61,085 bases of DNA from an uncultured Pelagibacteraceae bacterium (GTDB lineage: Bacteria; Pseudomonadota; Alphaproteobacteria; Pelagibacterales; Pelagibacteraceae), in assembly GCA_902609065.1 (NCBI GenBank), contig CACLQJ010000001.1, positions 1-61,085 of the forward strand, read 5' to 3'. Shown one piece after another: positions 11,004 to 21,910 of the stretch. Both the position numbers and the translations under genes were made by a program. The notes under the pieces were generated by a model, which worked only from the letters and a program-made list of their open reading frames with translations, was not told the origin of the DNA and ran no database searches. The stretch's first letter is position 1, and each line of letters opens with the position of its first letter.

Positions 11004-11677
11004 ATCCAATTAAACATGTAGCCATCATTATGGATGGAAATGGACGTTGGGGACTTAAACAAAAGAAATCAAGAAATTATGGTCATAAGGCTGGTTTAAA
11101 AACTGTCGAAAAAATAATAAAGATTTCAATAAAACAAAAAATTCCTTACCTAACATTATTTGCATTTTCCACGGAAAATTGGAAAAGACCCCAAACAGAA
11201 ATTAAATTTCTTTTAAATCTTTTGGAAAATTTTTTAAAAAACAAACTTGACGAATTAATAAAGCAAAATATAAAATTAAAAATAATTGGTAATAAAAAAA
11301 AATTTCCTGTTAAAATAAAAAGAATTATCAATCATTCAGAAAATAAAACTAAAGGAAACAAATCTTTGCAAATTAACCTTGCACTTAACTACGGGTCAAA
11401 AAGTGAGATAGTTGATTCAATTAAAACATTGATTAAAAAAAAACAAATAATTAATGAAAAAAAAATCTCTTTAAATTTGTATACCACGAACTTACCTGAT
11501 CCCGATATTTTAATAAGAACTGGTAATACAAAAAGATTGAGTAATTTTTTGCTATGGCAATTAGCTTATTCTGAGATTTTTTTTGAAAAAAAGTTATGGC
11601 CTGATTTCAATGAAATAGATTACTTAAAAATTTTAAATAAATTTAAGAATATAAAAAGAAATTTTGGAAATATATGA
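11000..11677 (+). CDS. uppS: Undecaprenyl diphosphate synthase (isoprenyl transferase)
   Basis: HVAIIMDGNGRW, FSTENWKRP and PDILIRTG..RLSNFLLWQ motifs. Confidence 0.97.
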   Translation: MNPIKHVAIIMDGNGRWGLKQKKSRNYGHKAGLKTVEKIIKISIKQKIPYLTLFAFSTENWKRPQTEIKFLLNLLENFLKNKLDELIKQNIKLKIIGNKKKFPVKIKRIINHSENKTKGNKSLQINLALNYGSKSEIVDSIKTLIKKKQIINEKKISLNLYTTNLPDPDILIRTGNTKRLSNFLLWQLAYSEIFFEKKLWPDFNEIDYLKILNKFKNIKRNFGNI

Positions 11678-12333
11678 TTTTAAATGAATTTAAAAACAGA
11701 CTAATTAGTTCATTAATTTTTACACCAGTGGTAATTTATTTTGTTTATTTAGGGTCGTATTATTTCATGTTATTTTTGTATATTTGCTTCGCTATTGCTG
11801 TCTATGAGTGGGTGGCTATCGCTAAATCTAGAAAATATGTAGTACCAGGATTTATTTTCTTGATGTTGTCGTTTGTTTCAGCATATCAAATACGTTATGT
11901 GAGTTTTATGGAGTTTGAAGGTTTTACAATCTTTTTAACAATATTGTTTATTTGTATCTTGACTGATCTGGGAGGTTATATTTTTGGAAAAATATTGAAA
12001 GGTCCAAAGCTAACAAGCGTTAGTCCAAAAAAAACAATTTCAGGCTTAATAGGTAGTTTCTTGTTACCAATATTTACTAGTTATATTCTATATAAAAATA
12101 ACTTATTAATTTTTAAAAATTACTTTGTAAACACTGAATTTTTATTATTTATTATTTTTGTAAGTTGTCTATCTTTAATATCGCAATTAGGAGATTTAGG
12201 AATTTCATATTTTAAAAGGCAATCTGGTATAAAAAACTCAGGAAAAATTATTCCAGGACACGGTGGTATTTTGGATAGGATAGATGGGATGATTTTTGTT
12301 TTTTTAATTACATATATAATTTGTTTTATTTAA
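11674..12333 (+). CDS. cdsA: Phosphatidate cytidylyltransferase
   Basis: Hydrophobic protein with SPKKT and GDL..S.FKR..GIK.SG.IIPGHGGILDRID signature. Confidence 0.95.
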   Translation: MILNEFKNRLISSLIFTPVVIYFVYLGSYYFMLFLYICFAIAVYEWVAIAKSRKYVVPGFIFLMLSFVSAYQIRYVSFMEFEGFTIFLTILFICILTDLGGYIFGKILKGPKLTSVSPKKTISGLIGSFLLPIFTSYILYKNNLLIFKNYFVNTEFLLFIIFVSCLSLISQLGDLGISYFKRQSGIKNSGKIIPGHGGILDRIDGMIFVFLITYIICFI

Positions 12334-12335
12334 TT

Positions 12336-13499
12336 ATGAAAAAAAAAATTGCAATACTTGGATCAACAGGTTCGATCGGAAAAATAACCTTAGATATAGT
12401 GAATGAAAATAAAAAGAATTTTGATGTTCAATTATTAACTACAAATAAAAATATCAAAGAAATTGTAAAACAATCTAAAACTTTTAAAGTTAAGCATTTA
12501 ATTGTCACAAGCAAACCACATTATGAAATATTAAAAAAAAAATTAAATAAGAATATAAAAATTTACAATAATTTTTTAGAACTAGATAAAATATTTAAAT
12601 CCAAAATAGATTATGTGATGTCATCTATTACGGGTATCGCAGGACTTGAGCCAACACTTAATTTAATTAAATATTCAAAGTCAATTGGAATAGCAAATAA
12701 AGAATCTATTATATGTGCATGGAATTTAATTAAAAAAGAGTTAAAATTACATAGAACGAAATTCATACCTATCGACTCTGAACATTTCTCAATTTATTCT
12801 TTGAACAATGGTTTTAATATATCTTCTATTGAAAAAATATACATAACTGCATCAGGAGGACCATTTTTAAATTATACTAAAAAAAAAATAATAAATATAA
12901 ATCCTTCATTAGCCATAAAGCATCCTACTTGGAAAATGGGAAAAAAAATTTCAATAGACTCAGCAACTTTAATAAATAAAGTATTTGAAGTTATAGAGGC
13001 TCAAAGAATCTTTAATTTAAAAAAAAAGTTTTTTAAAATTTTGATACATCCAAAATCTTATTTGCACTCTATAATTAAATATACAAACGGTACTACTAAA
13101 TTATTGATACATGACACTACAATGAAAATTCCAATTTTTAATTATATTTGCAAAGATATCCATAGAAGATTTGAAACAAAAAAAATAAATCTAGAAGTTT
13201 TAAATAATTTAGAATTGAAAGAGCCTGATTTAAATCAATTCCCTATACTGAAAATATTAAACAAAATACCAAATAATCTATCTTTATTTGAAACAGTTGT
13301 TATATCTGCTAATGATGAATTAGTTGATAATTTTTTAAAAGGGCACATCAAGTACAACAAAATAAATAAATTACTATTTAAAATTATTAACCTTAAAGAG
13401 TTTAAAAAATATAAATACCAAAAACCTAAAAATTCTAAGCAAATTATTAAATTAAATAAATATGTAAGATTGAAAACGCTTAACCATTGTATAGAATAG
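12336..13499 (+). CDS. dxr: 1-deoxy-D-xylulose 5-phosphate reductoisomerase
   Basis: ILGSTGSIG, ANKES, PIDSEH, TASGGPF and HPTWKMGKKISIDSAT motifs. Start placed at the ATG at 12336, just after the cdsA stop. Confidence 0.96.
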   Translation: MKKKIAILGSTGSIGKITLDIVNENKKNFDVQLLTTNKNIKEIVKQSKTFKVKHLIVTSKPHYEILKKKLNKNIKIYNNFLELDKIFKSKIDYVMSSITGIAGLEPTLNLIKYSKSIGIANKESIICAWNLIKKELKLHRTKFIPIDSEHFSIYSLNNGFNISSIEKIYITASGGPFLNYTKKKIININPSLAIKHPTWKMGKKISIDSATLINKVFEVIEAQRIFNLKKKFFKILIHPKSYLHSIIKYTNGTTKLLIHDTTMKIPIFNYICKDIHRRFETKKINLEVLNNLELKEPDLNQFPILKILNKIPNNLSLFETVVISANDELVDNFLKGHIKYNKINKLLFKIINLKEFKKYKYQKPKNSKQIIKLNKYVRLKTLNHCIE

Positions 13500-13505
13500 A
13501 ATCTT

Positions 13506-15731
13506 ATGAGAATATTATTAAAATTTTTATTACTATTTTTAATTTGTCTTAATGCTAATTCAGAAATTATTAAAGAAATTAAAATTGATGGTAATAATAG
13601 AATTTCTAAATCTAACATTATTTTATTCGGAAAGATTAAAGCCAACGAGGACTATGATGGTATAAAAATTAATAAAATATTAAAAAATTTATACGAAACA
13701 GAATTTTTTGAAAATATTACAATAAGTATTAATGATAACATTTTATTTATAAAAATTAAGGAGAATCCAATTATACAAACCATTGAAATATCTGGTGTAA
13801 AAAATAAATCCGTATTGAAACTATTAAATGATAATTTAAGTTTAAAAGAAAAAAATCCATTTGTTGAAAATAAAGTTAGAAGAGACGAATCAAAATTAAA
13901 AAATATTTTAAAGTTAAACGGTTACTATTTTTCAGAAATTGAATCGAAAATAAAAAAAAATAGTAATAGTACAATAGATCTTAAATACGAGATAAATTTA
14001 GGTGAAAAAGCATATATATCAAAAATTAAATTTATTGGTGAAAAAAAAATAAAAGATAGAAAACTTAAAAATATAATAATTTCTGAGGAAAGCAAATTTT
14101 GGAAGTTTATTTCTAATAAAAAATATTTAGATTCGAACAGAATAAGATTGGATGAGAATTTACTTAAAAACTATTATAAAAATAATGGTTATTACAACGT
14201 GGAAATAAATTCTTCCAATGCTCAATTGATTGACACTAATCAATTTGAATTAATTTTTAATATTAATGCTGGTGAAAGATATAAGTTTAAAAATATACGT
14301 TTAGATATCCCAACATCATTTGAAAAAGAAAATTTTTCTGAAATAAATGAAACAATTAATAAATTAAAGGGTAAATTTTATTCAATCAATAGGATTAATA
14401 AAATTTTGAAAGAAATTGACAAAATTGTTATACAAAAACAATTTGAATTTTTAAATGCCACTTATACTGAAACATTATCAAAAGATAGTATAGATTTAAA
14501 AATAAAACTAGTCGAAAGTAGGAAAGAGTATATTGAAAAAATAAATATCTTAGGTAATTATATCACTGATGAAAGTGTTATCAGAAATGAAATAGTTTCA
14601 GATGAGGGTGACTCTTACAACGAAATTCTATTTAAAAAATCTATAAATAATATTAAATCAAGAAACATTTTTAAAACTGTTAAAACAAACGTAAAAAGTG
14701 GTTCTTCTGATCAATTAAAAATCATTGATGTGATAGTTGATGAAAAACCTACAGGTGAAATTTCGGCTGGTGCTGGCACAGGAACAAGCGGATCAAGCAT
14801 ATCATTCGCCATTGCTGAAAATAATTATCTAGGAAAAGGATCAAAAGTAAATGTAAGTGCTACATTAAGTGATGACTCACTTCAGGGTAAGTTTAAAATT
14901 TCAGAACCTAATTTTAGAAATACTGACAAGACTTTAAATACGACAATAGAAAGTAGCAGAAATGACCTTATGAATAAATTTGGTTACAAAACTAATGAAA
15001 CAGGATTTTCATTTGGAACAAGTTTCGAGCAATATCAAGATATTTTCTTTTCACCTGAATTATCAATGTATTATGAAAGTTTGACAACCTCTTCCCTCGC
15101 TTCTAGTGCAAAAAAAAAGCAGGAAGGTGATTATCTGGATACCAATTTTTCTTATTCACTTAATTTAAATAAATTAAATCAAAATTTTCAACCAACGGAT
15201 GGTTATAGAAGCACATTCAGTCAAACATTACCAATAATAGCTGACGATCAAAGTATTTCAAATGCATATGAATACGCAAATTACACTAAATTCCAAAATG
15301 AAACTGTTTTTTCATTTATATTTTTTGCTAAGGCTATTAATAATTTTGATGATGATGTTAGAATTAGTAAAAGAATATTTATCCCCTCTCGAAAATTACG
15401 TGGATTTGTTGCTGGCAAGATAGGACCAAAGGATAATGAAGATTATATTGGTGGTAACTATGGTACAGCTGTGAACATAGCTGCAACGCTTCCAAATTTT
15501 ATGAAGGATCTGGAAAATATTGATTTCAGTCTATTTATAGATACTGCTAATATATGGGGTGTTGATTATAATAGTTCGTTAGATAGCAATAAAGTAAGAT
15601 CTTCAACAGGTCTAGCTATAGATTGGTTTACTCCTATTGGACCTCTAAGTTTCTCCTTTGCTTCACCAATTACAAAATCCTCAACAGATAAAACGGAAAC
15701 ATTTAGATTCAAAATTGGTACAACCTTTTAA
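13506..15731 (+). CDS. bamA: Outer membrane protein assembly factor BamA
   Basis: Signal peptide, POTRA repeats (I.I.GN.RI, YYKNNGY), ENNYLGKG, LRGF, W.TPIGPL and C-terminal Phe. Confidence 0.96.
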   Translation: MRILLKFLLLFLICLNANSEIIKEIKIDGNNRISKSNIILFGKIKANEDYDGIKINKILKNLYETEFFENITISINDNILFIKIKENPIIQTIEISGVKNKSVLKLLNDNLSLKEKNPFVENKVRRDESKLKNILKLNGYYFSEIESKIKKNSNSTIDLKYEINLGEKAYISKIKFIGEKKIKDRKLKNIIISEESKFWKFISNKKYLDSNRIRLDENLLKNYYKNNGYYNVEINSSNAQLIDTNQFELIFNINAGERYKFKNIRLDIPTSFEKENFSEINETINKLKGKFYSINRINKILKEIDKIVIQKQFEFLNATYTETLSKDSIDLKIKLVESRKEYIEKINILGNYITDESVIRNEIVSDEGDSYNEILFKKSINNIKSRNIFKTVKTNVKSGSSDQLKIIDVIVDEKPTGEISAGAGTGTSGSSISFAIAENNYLGKGSKVNVSATLSDDSLQGKFKISEPNFRNTDKTLNTTIESSRNDLMNKFGYKTNETGFSFGTSFEQYQDIFFSPELSMYYESLTTSSLASSAKKKQEGDYLDTNFSYSLNLNKLNQNFQPTDGYRSTFSQTLPIIADDQSISNAYEYANYTKFQNETVFSFIFFAKAINNFDDDVRISKRIFIPSRKLRGFVAGKIGPKDNEDYIGGNYGTAVNIAATLPNFMKDLENIDFSLFIDTANIWGVDYNSSLDSNKVRSSTGLAIDWFTPIGPLSFSFASPITKSSTDKTETFRFKIGTTF

Positions 15732-16255
15732 TGTCTTTTTTTCTAAAAATAATTTTTTTTATTTTTATTGTTAGTAACTCTTTTGCTAACCAAATTACAA
15801 ACAAAATCGTTTATATTAATATGGATGTTTTGATTAAAGAGTCTATGGCTGGAATATCATTAAATAGACAAATTTCAAATTTTAATAAAAAACTAAAAGA
15901 AAATGTTCAAATTTTAGAAGATGAAATTAAATCAGAGGATGAAAATATAAATTCAAAAAAAAACATATTAAATGATGAAGAATTAAAAAATAAAATATCT
16001 ATTTTAAATAAGAAAATAGCAAAATATCAAAACACTGTAAAACAAAATCAAGAGGAATTAAATCAAAAAAAAAATGAAGGAACTAATATTATTTTAAAAA
16101 ACTTAAAACCAATACTTTATGAATATTCTAAAAAAAATTCTATTTCTATGATTCTGCAAAAACAAAATGTGATAATTGGAAGAAAAGAGTTGGATATTAC
16201 CAAAGATATAATAAAAATTCTTAATGAAAAGATTAAAAAGATTGATATTAATTAA
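15731..16255 (+). CDS. skp: OmpH/Skp family periplasmic chaperone
   Basis: Signal peptide, IVYINMD start, long coiled coil and C-terminal DIT..II..LN; downstream of bamA. Confidence 0.85.
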   Translation: MSFFLKIIFFIFIVSNSFANQITNKIVYINMDVLIKESMAGISLNRQISNFNKKLKENVQILEDEIKSEDENINSKKNILNDEELKNKISILNKKIAKYQNTVKQNQEELNQKKNEGTNIILKNLKPILYEYSKKNSISMILQKQNVIIGRKELDITKDIIKILNEKIKKIDIN

Positions 16256-16704
16256 TGACTGCTAAATTGAGTAAAAATCAAATTAGAGAATTGCTTCCTC
16301 ATAGGGAGCCTATGTTATTAATAGATGAATTGATTAATATTAAAAAACTTTTTTCGGCTACAGCACTAATGTATGTCAAAAAAAACAGTTTTTTTGTTCA
16401 AGGCCATTTTCCCAATCAACCTGTAATGCCAGGTGTTTTCATCGTTGAAGCATTTGGACAAGCAGCAGCTGCACTTACAGCAGCTGGCATAGATAAATCA
16501 GAGTATGATAATAAATTAGTTTTTTTAATGAGTGTTGAAAAAGCTAGATTCAGAAATCCTGTGATACCTGATTGTACTTTGGAACTCAATATAGAAGCTA
16601 TAAGATCGCATGGCAGGGTGTGGAAATACAAAGGTGAAGCTTTTGTAGAGGGTACAAAAATGGCTGATGCAATATGGTCAGCTACTATTGTAGACAGGAA
16701 ATAA
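16255..16704 (+). CDS. fabZ: 3-hydroxyacyl-ACP dehydratase
   Basis: LPHREPMLLID, GHFPNQPVMPGV..VEA and ARFRNPV.P motifs. Confidence 0.96.
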   Translation: MTAKLSKNQIRELLPHREPMLLIDELINIKKLFSATALMYVKKNSFFVQGHFPNQPVMPGVFIVEAFGQAAAALTAAGIDKSEYDNKLVFLMSVEKARFRNPVIPDCTLELNIEAIRSHGRVWKYKGEAFVEGTKMADAIWSATIVDRK

Positions 16705-16761
16705 TCAGCAATAAATCTTGATAAGCTTTTAAAATAAGTTTTGATATTAAATTTAAAAAAA

Positions 16762-17739
16762 ATGATTAATCCTTTTTTTGAAAATACAGGTCCCCATAAT
16801 ATCAACTACTTATTAAAATCAATAAATTTAATTACTCAAAAATTCTTAGATGATGAAATAACAGATATAAAAGATCTTAACTCATCCCAAAAAGGAGAAT
16901 TAACCTTTTTTCATTCCATTAAATATAAGGATTTTGCTAAATTAACCAAAGCTTCTTACTGTTTAACAAAAGATAATCTTAAATCAATTTTACCTAGTAG
17001 TTGTAAGCCAATAATTTCAGATCAAGTTCTTCTACATACCGCTCAAATAACTAAAATTTTTTATCCAGAATCTGTTACGGACGATTATGATAATTCAGCT
17101 CAAGATATTCAATTAACAAAATACAAAGATAAGGTTGAACATGGTAAAAATGTATTAATTGGTAAAAATGTAAAAATTGGTCAGAATTGTAGGATAGGAC
17201 ATAATACTATAATAGAAAAAAATGTATCTATAGGTGATAATTGCATCATAGGTTCAAACGTAATAATTAGAAATTCTTTGATCAAAAATCATGTACATAT
17301 TTTGGATGGATGCGTGATAGGTAAAAAAGGTTTTGGTTTTTTTCCTAACAAAAGCTCTAATATTAGGTACCCACAAGTGGGAATAGTAATTATAAACGAC
17401 CATGTAGAAATAGGCTGTGGATCGACTATTGATAGAGGATCTTTATCAAATACAATAATAGGAACAAATACATACTTAGATAATCAAATTCATGTAGGTC
17501 ATAATGTTAAGATAGGTGAAAATTGTGTCATCGCGGGACAGGTTGGTTTTGCTGGTAGTACAACTGTTGGCAATAATGTTATGATTGGTGGTCAGGCAGG
17601 AATATCTGGCCATCTTAAAATTGGTGATTATGTTCAAATCGGAGGTGGCAGCGGTATAATTAAAAATATTCCAAGTAATTCTAAAGTAATGGGTTATCCC
17701 GCTAAAGATTTAAAAAATTTTATTAAAGATAACAAATGA
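16762..17739 (+). CDS. lpxD: UDP-3-O-(3-hydroxyacyl)glucosamine N-acyltransferase
   Basis: Hexapeptide repeats, GFGF, TIDRG and LDNQIHVGHNVKIG motifs. Start placed at the ATG at 16762. Confidence 0.95.
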   Translation: MINPFFENTGPHNINYLLKSINLITQKFLDDEITDIKDLNSSQKGELTFFHSIKYKDFAKLTKASYCLTKDNLKSILPSSCKPIISDQVLLHTAQITKIFYPESVTDDYDNSAQDIQLTKYKDKVEHGKNVLIGKNVKIGQNCRIGHNTIIEKNVSIGDNCIIGSNVIIRNSLIKNHVHILDGCVIGKKGFGFFPNKSSNIRYPQVGIVIINDHVEIGCGSTIDRGSLSNTIIGTNTYLDNQIHVGHNVKIGENCVIAGQVGFAGSTTVGNNVMIGGQAGISGHLKIGDYVQIGGGSGIIKNIPSNSKVMGYPAKDLKNFIKDNK

Positions 17740-18521
17740 TAGATAAAACTTCGATTGTAGATAAAAAAGCAAAAATTCATTCAAGTGTAAAAATTGGACC
17801 ATTCACTGTTATAGGGCCAGATGTAGAAATAAATGAAAATGTTATAATCCATTCACATGTGAACATTTCTGGTAAAACCAAAATAGGGAAAGGTAATGTT
17901 TTCTTTCCGTTTAGTTCTGTTGGTAATGATCCACAAGATTTAAAATATAATGGTGAAAAAACATCATTAGAAATTGGTGATAACAACAAATTTAGGGAAT
18001 ATGTTACCGTTAATCCTGGTACTATTGGTGGAGGAGGTTTAACAAAAATAGGTAACAATTGTCTTTTTATGATTTCATCACATATAGCACATGACTGTAA
18101 TGTTGGAGATAACGTAATTATAGCAAACAACGTGCCCCTTGGAGGTCATGTAACTATTGAAAATAACGTAGTTATAGGTGGCAACTCTGCAGTTCAACAA
18201 TTTACAAGAATAGGTCAAATGGCAATGATTGGAGGAATGACGGGCGTTTTACACGATGTAATTCCATATGGTCTATCCGTTGGTAATAGAAATTATCTTC
18301 AAGGATTGAATTTAATTGGTCTTAGAAGAGCCAATTTTGAAAATAAAAATATTTTAGGACTTTCTGAGGCTTATAGAGAAATATTTGCTACGAAAAATCT
18401 TACAGAAAATTTAAATAAACTTAATGGAGCATTTAAGGAAAATCCATTAGTAAAAAACGTAATAGAATTCATAAATAAAGATAAAAAAAGATCTATTTGT
18501 ACACCTTTTTCAAAGGAGTAG
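17736..18521 (+). CDS. lpxA: Acyl-ACP--UDP-N-acetylglucosamine O-acyltransferase
   Basis: Hexapeptide repeats, PQDLKY, HIAHDC and GLN.IGLRR motifs. Confidence 0.97.
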   Translation: MIDKTSIVDKKAKIHSSVKIGPFTVIGPDVEINENVIIHSHVNISGKTKIGKGNVFFPFSSVGNDPQDLKYNGEKTSLEIGDNNKFREYVTVNPGTIGGGGLTKIGNNCLFMISSHIAHDCNVGDNVIIANNVPLGGHVTIENNVVIGGNSAVQQFTRIGQMAMIGGMTGVLHDVIPYGLSVGNRNYLQGLNLIGLRRANFENKNILGLSEAYREIFATKNLTENLNKLNGAFKENPLVKNVIEFINKDKKRSICTPFSKE

Positions 18522-18522
18522 T

Positions 18523-19317
18523 ATGATTGGTTTGATATTTGGAGAAACAAGTTTCCCACTTAAAATACTTAATAAAATCAAGAGAAAAAAAGAAAAATAT
18601 TTAATTATAGATTTAACCAGATCTAAAAAATTTAGAAAAGACAAAAAATCGTATCCTGTTTCAATAGGACAATTTGGAAAGATAATTAACATTCTTAAAA
18701 CTAATAATTGTAATAAAATTTTATTTGCCGGTAAAGTGTCAAAACCCAATTTTTCTAAACTAAAATTAGATTTAAAAGGAATGTATTTTATACCAAGAAT
18801 ATTTAAAGCATCAAAACTTGGTGATGCAGCAATATTGAAAGAAATAATCAAAATTTTAAAAGAGAAAAAAATTAAAACAGTTAACTCTCTCTTTTTTAAT
18901 CCTGAATTGACTTTAAAAAAGGGTAATTACACTAAAATAGAACCAAATAGTGAAGATAAAAAAGATATTAAAAAGGCTATTCGAACATTAGCTAAATTAG
19001 GAAAATATAATTTTAGTCAAGGGACTGTTGTCAGGAGTAATAAAGTAATATCTATAGAAAAAAAAGGTGGAACAGAAAAAATGCTTATAGAGTGTAAATC
19101 TAAAAATAATAAGAAGGGCGGTGTTTTAGTAAAATTTCCTAAAAAAAAACAAGACTTGAGAATAGATTTACCAACAGTTGGATTAAAAACTTTTAAATTA
19201 AGTAAGACAGCCGGTCTTAAAGGAATAGTATTAAAAAACAAACAACATATATTCTTAGAAAAAAATGCATGTATTAACTTCGCTAATAAAAATAAAATGT
19301 TTATTAATATAAAATGA
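18523..19317 (+). CDS. lpxI: UDP-2,3-diacylglucosamine diphosphatase LpxI family
   Basis: IGLIFG...FP start, GDAAIL, IE...GT..ML and K..QDLRIDLPTVG motifs; lies between lpxA and lpxB. Confidence 0.9.
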   Translation: MIGLIFGETSFPLKILNKIKRKKEKYLIIDLTRSKKFRKDKKSYPVSIGQFGKIINILKTNNCNKILFAGKVSKPNFSKLKLDLKGMYFIPRIFKASKLGDAAILKEIIKILKEKKIKTVNSLFFNPELTLKKGNYTKIEPNSEDKKDIKKAIRTLAKLGKYNFSQGTVVRSNKVISIEKKGGTEKMLIECKSKNNKKGGVLVKFPKKKQDLRIDLPTVGLKTFKLSKTAGLKGIVLKNKQHIFLEKNACINFANKNKMFINIK

Positions 19318-20447
19318 AGAAAATTTTTATTCTAACTGGGGAACCATCAGGAGATAAATTAGCTTCAGAGGTTATTAAGCAAATAAAAATAAAAGAAAAT
19401 AAAATAGAATACTTGTGCCTTGGAGGTGAAAATCTTAAATCACTCAATATAGAGACTATATCTAATCTTAAAGATATAACATATATCGGGATAACAAGTG
19501 TGTTACTTAACGTATTTAAAATAAAAAAAATCATAAATGAAACTGTTAAAAAAATAGTTGAGTTTAAGCCAGATATCCTATTTTCTGTAGATAGTCCGGA
19601 TTTCTCCCTTAGAGTTGCTGAAAAGGTCAAAAAAAAAAATCCAAATATTGCAACAATTCATTATGTATCACCTCAAATTTGGGTATGGAGAAAAGATAGA
19701 ATAAAAAAATATAAAAATTTTATAGATCATATGTTGCTTCTTTTTAAATTTGAAAAAAAATATTATGATGATGAAAATATGAATAGTACTTTTGTTGGAC
19801 ATCCATTACTAGAGTTAAAGTCAAATAAAGTAGATATATCGAAAATATTACCAAAAGATAAAAAAATTATATCTTTATTTCCTGGGAGTAGAATTTCAGA
19901 AATTAACTTATTATTACCAATATTGCTGAATTTTATGGAATTAATGAACCAAAAATATAATAATTTTTACTTTGTTATTCATTCTACAGAAGCAATGCGT
20001 AATATAATATTAGATAAACTTTCAGATTTCAAAGATGACAATTACCAAATAGTATCAAATTCAAATATTAAGGAGAATATAATCAAAAATTCTTTTTTTG
20101 CGGTGTCGAAATCCGGCACTGTATCTTTAGAAATAAGTAAATATGAAGTACCCTCAATAATTATTTACAAGATGAACCCAATTAATTTCTTTTTTATCAA
20201 AGGAATGGTTAATACAAAATATGCTAATATTATAAATATCATAAATCAAAAAGAAATTATTCCAGAATTATTACAAAGTGAATGTAATTCAAAAGAAATA
20301 TTTAATTCAGTCAATTATTTTATTCAAAAACCAGATATGATAAAAAAACAAAAAGAATTAGTGAAAAAAACTATAAAATTAATGCAAGATGATGAATTGT
20401 CATCTTTAAATGCTGCTAATATTGTTCTTAATTATATAAACAATTAA
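19314..20447 (+). CDS. lpxB: Lipid-A-disaccharide synthase
   Basis: GEPSGD, DSPDF, YVSPQIWVWR, FVGHPL, PGSR and SGT.SLE motifs. Confidence 0.96.
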   Translation: MKKIFILTGEPSGDKLASEVIKQIKIKENKIEYLCLGGENLKSLNIETISNLKDITYIGITSVLLNVFKIKKIINETVKKIVEFKPDILFSVDSPDFSLRVAEKVKKKNPNIATIHYVSPQIWVWRKDRIKKYKNFIDHMLLLFKFEKKYYDDENMNSTFVGHPLLELKSNKVDISKILPKDKKIISLFPGSRISEINLLLPILLNFMELMNQKYNNFYFVIHSTEAMRNIILDKLSDFKDDNYQIVSNSNIKENIIKNSFFAVSKSGTVSLEISKYEVPSIIIYKMNPINFFFIKGMVNTKYANIINIINQKEIIPELLQSECNSKEIFNSVNYFIQKPDMIKKQKELVKKTIKLMQDDELSSLNAANIVLNYINN

Positions 20448-20499
20448 TCTATATCCTTTTTGAAGCTAATTTTATAATAATTATATTTTATTAAACTTT

Positions 20500-21891
20500 T
20501 TAGTTTTTATTCAATCTATCAATTACTTCATCTTTTCCAAGAGATGTTAATATGTCATAAATACCTGGTCCAAATCTTGATCCAGTTAACTTTATTCTCA
20601 AAGGTTGGCCAACCCCTTTAAAATTTGTGTTATTTGATTTAATTAAATCTAGTAGGATTGGTTCTAACTTTGTTCTATTAAAGTTATCTAATTTTGAAAT
20701 CTCTTTTAAAAAATTTGCAATTATTTTTTTAGCATTTTCATCAATTAGTTTTAAATCTTCTTGGTTAAAATTAACTACGTCATTAATGATATATTTCGAA
20801 TTATTGTAAATATCCTCTAAAGTTTTTGCCTTATTCTTTAGGAAACTGAGGGATGATTTGATTTTTATCTTTTTTTCATTAGGTATTTTTTTTTTATAAC
20901 TTTCACAATAGTTACTTAACTGATCATAAAGGTCATTTTCATCTATACTTTTAATATAATGCTCGTTCATTGATAAAATCCTACTTATATCTAGTTTTGA
21001 GGGTGATTTACCAATACCTTCTAAGTTAAAGTATTTGATACTTTCATCTTTTGTAAAAATTTCTTTATCTTTATAAGACCATCCTAGTCTTAAAAGGTAA
21101 TTTCTTAAAGCTTGAGGCATTATTCCTATTTTTGAATAATCATCTAATGTTGATGCTTTATCTCTTTTGGATAATTTTTTTCCTTCTGTTGTATGAATTA
21201 ATGGTATATGCGCGAAAGATGGCAATTTCCAATTCATAGCTATGTAAATTTGCATTTGTTTAAAAGTATTTATTTTATGATCATCTCCTCTTATTATATG
21301 TGTTACATTCATTTGATGATCATCAACGCATGCAGACAAGTTATAGGTCGGTGAACCATCATTTCTCAATATAACAAAATCTTCAATTGTACTATTTTCT
21401 ATCTCAACATTTCCTTGCACTAAATCCTTTAAAACACTATTTCCATAGATTTTACTTTTAAATCTAATAACTGGATTTATATCTTTAGGCGCTTCTGTTT
21501 CTGGTTTATCTCTCCATTTTCTATCATATATATATGGAATTTTCTTTTGTTTTGCTCTAAGTTTTTGTTGTTCAATTTCCTCTGTAGAGCAATAGCATTT
21601 ATATGCAAAACCTTTTTCCAACAATATGTTCGCAACTTTAATGTGATCTTCTATTTTTTTTGATTGGATATATTCACTACCATCATTTTCCACCCCAATC
21701 CACTTAAGAGATTTTGTTATTTGTTCTTTGTACTCATCTTTTGATCTTTCTTTATCTGTATCTTCAATCCTTAAATAAAAAGATCCATTATTATTTTTTG
21801 CATATAACCAATTAAATAATGCAGTCCTAATCCCACCTATATGCAACGGACCTGTTGGGGAAGGAGCAAATCTAGTTGCTACTTTTGACAT
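20500..21891 (-). CDS. gltX: Glutamate--tRNA ligase
   Basis: RFAPSPTG.LHIGG, LRIEDTD, HIIRGDDH and KLSKR motifs. Confidence 0.97.
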   Translation of the reverse strand: MSKVATRFAPSPTGPLHIGGIRTALFNWLYAKNNNGSFYLRIEDTDKERSKDEYKEQITKSLKWIGVENDGSEYIQSKKIEDHIKVANILLEKGFAYKCYCSTEEIEQQKLRAKQKKIPYIYDRKWRDKPETEAPKDINPVIRFKSKIYGNSVLKDLVQGNVEIENSTIEDFVILRNDGSPTYNLSACVDDHQMNVTHIIRGDDHKINTFKQMQIYIAMNWKLPSFAHIPLIHTTEGKKLSKRDKASTLDDYSKIGIMPQALRNYLLRLGWSYKDKEIFTKDESIKYFNLEGIGKSPSKLDISRILSMNEHYIKSIDENDLYDQLSNYCESYKKKIPNEKKIKIKSSLSFLKNKAKTLEDIYNNSKYIINDVVNFNQEDLKLIDENAKKIIANFLKEISKLDNFNRTKLEPILLDLIKSNNTNFKGVGQPLRIKLTGSRFGPGIYDILTSLGKDEVIDRLNKN

Positions 21892-21910
21892 TTTAAATGT
21901 TTAAACTATT

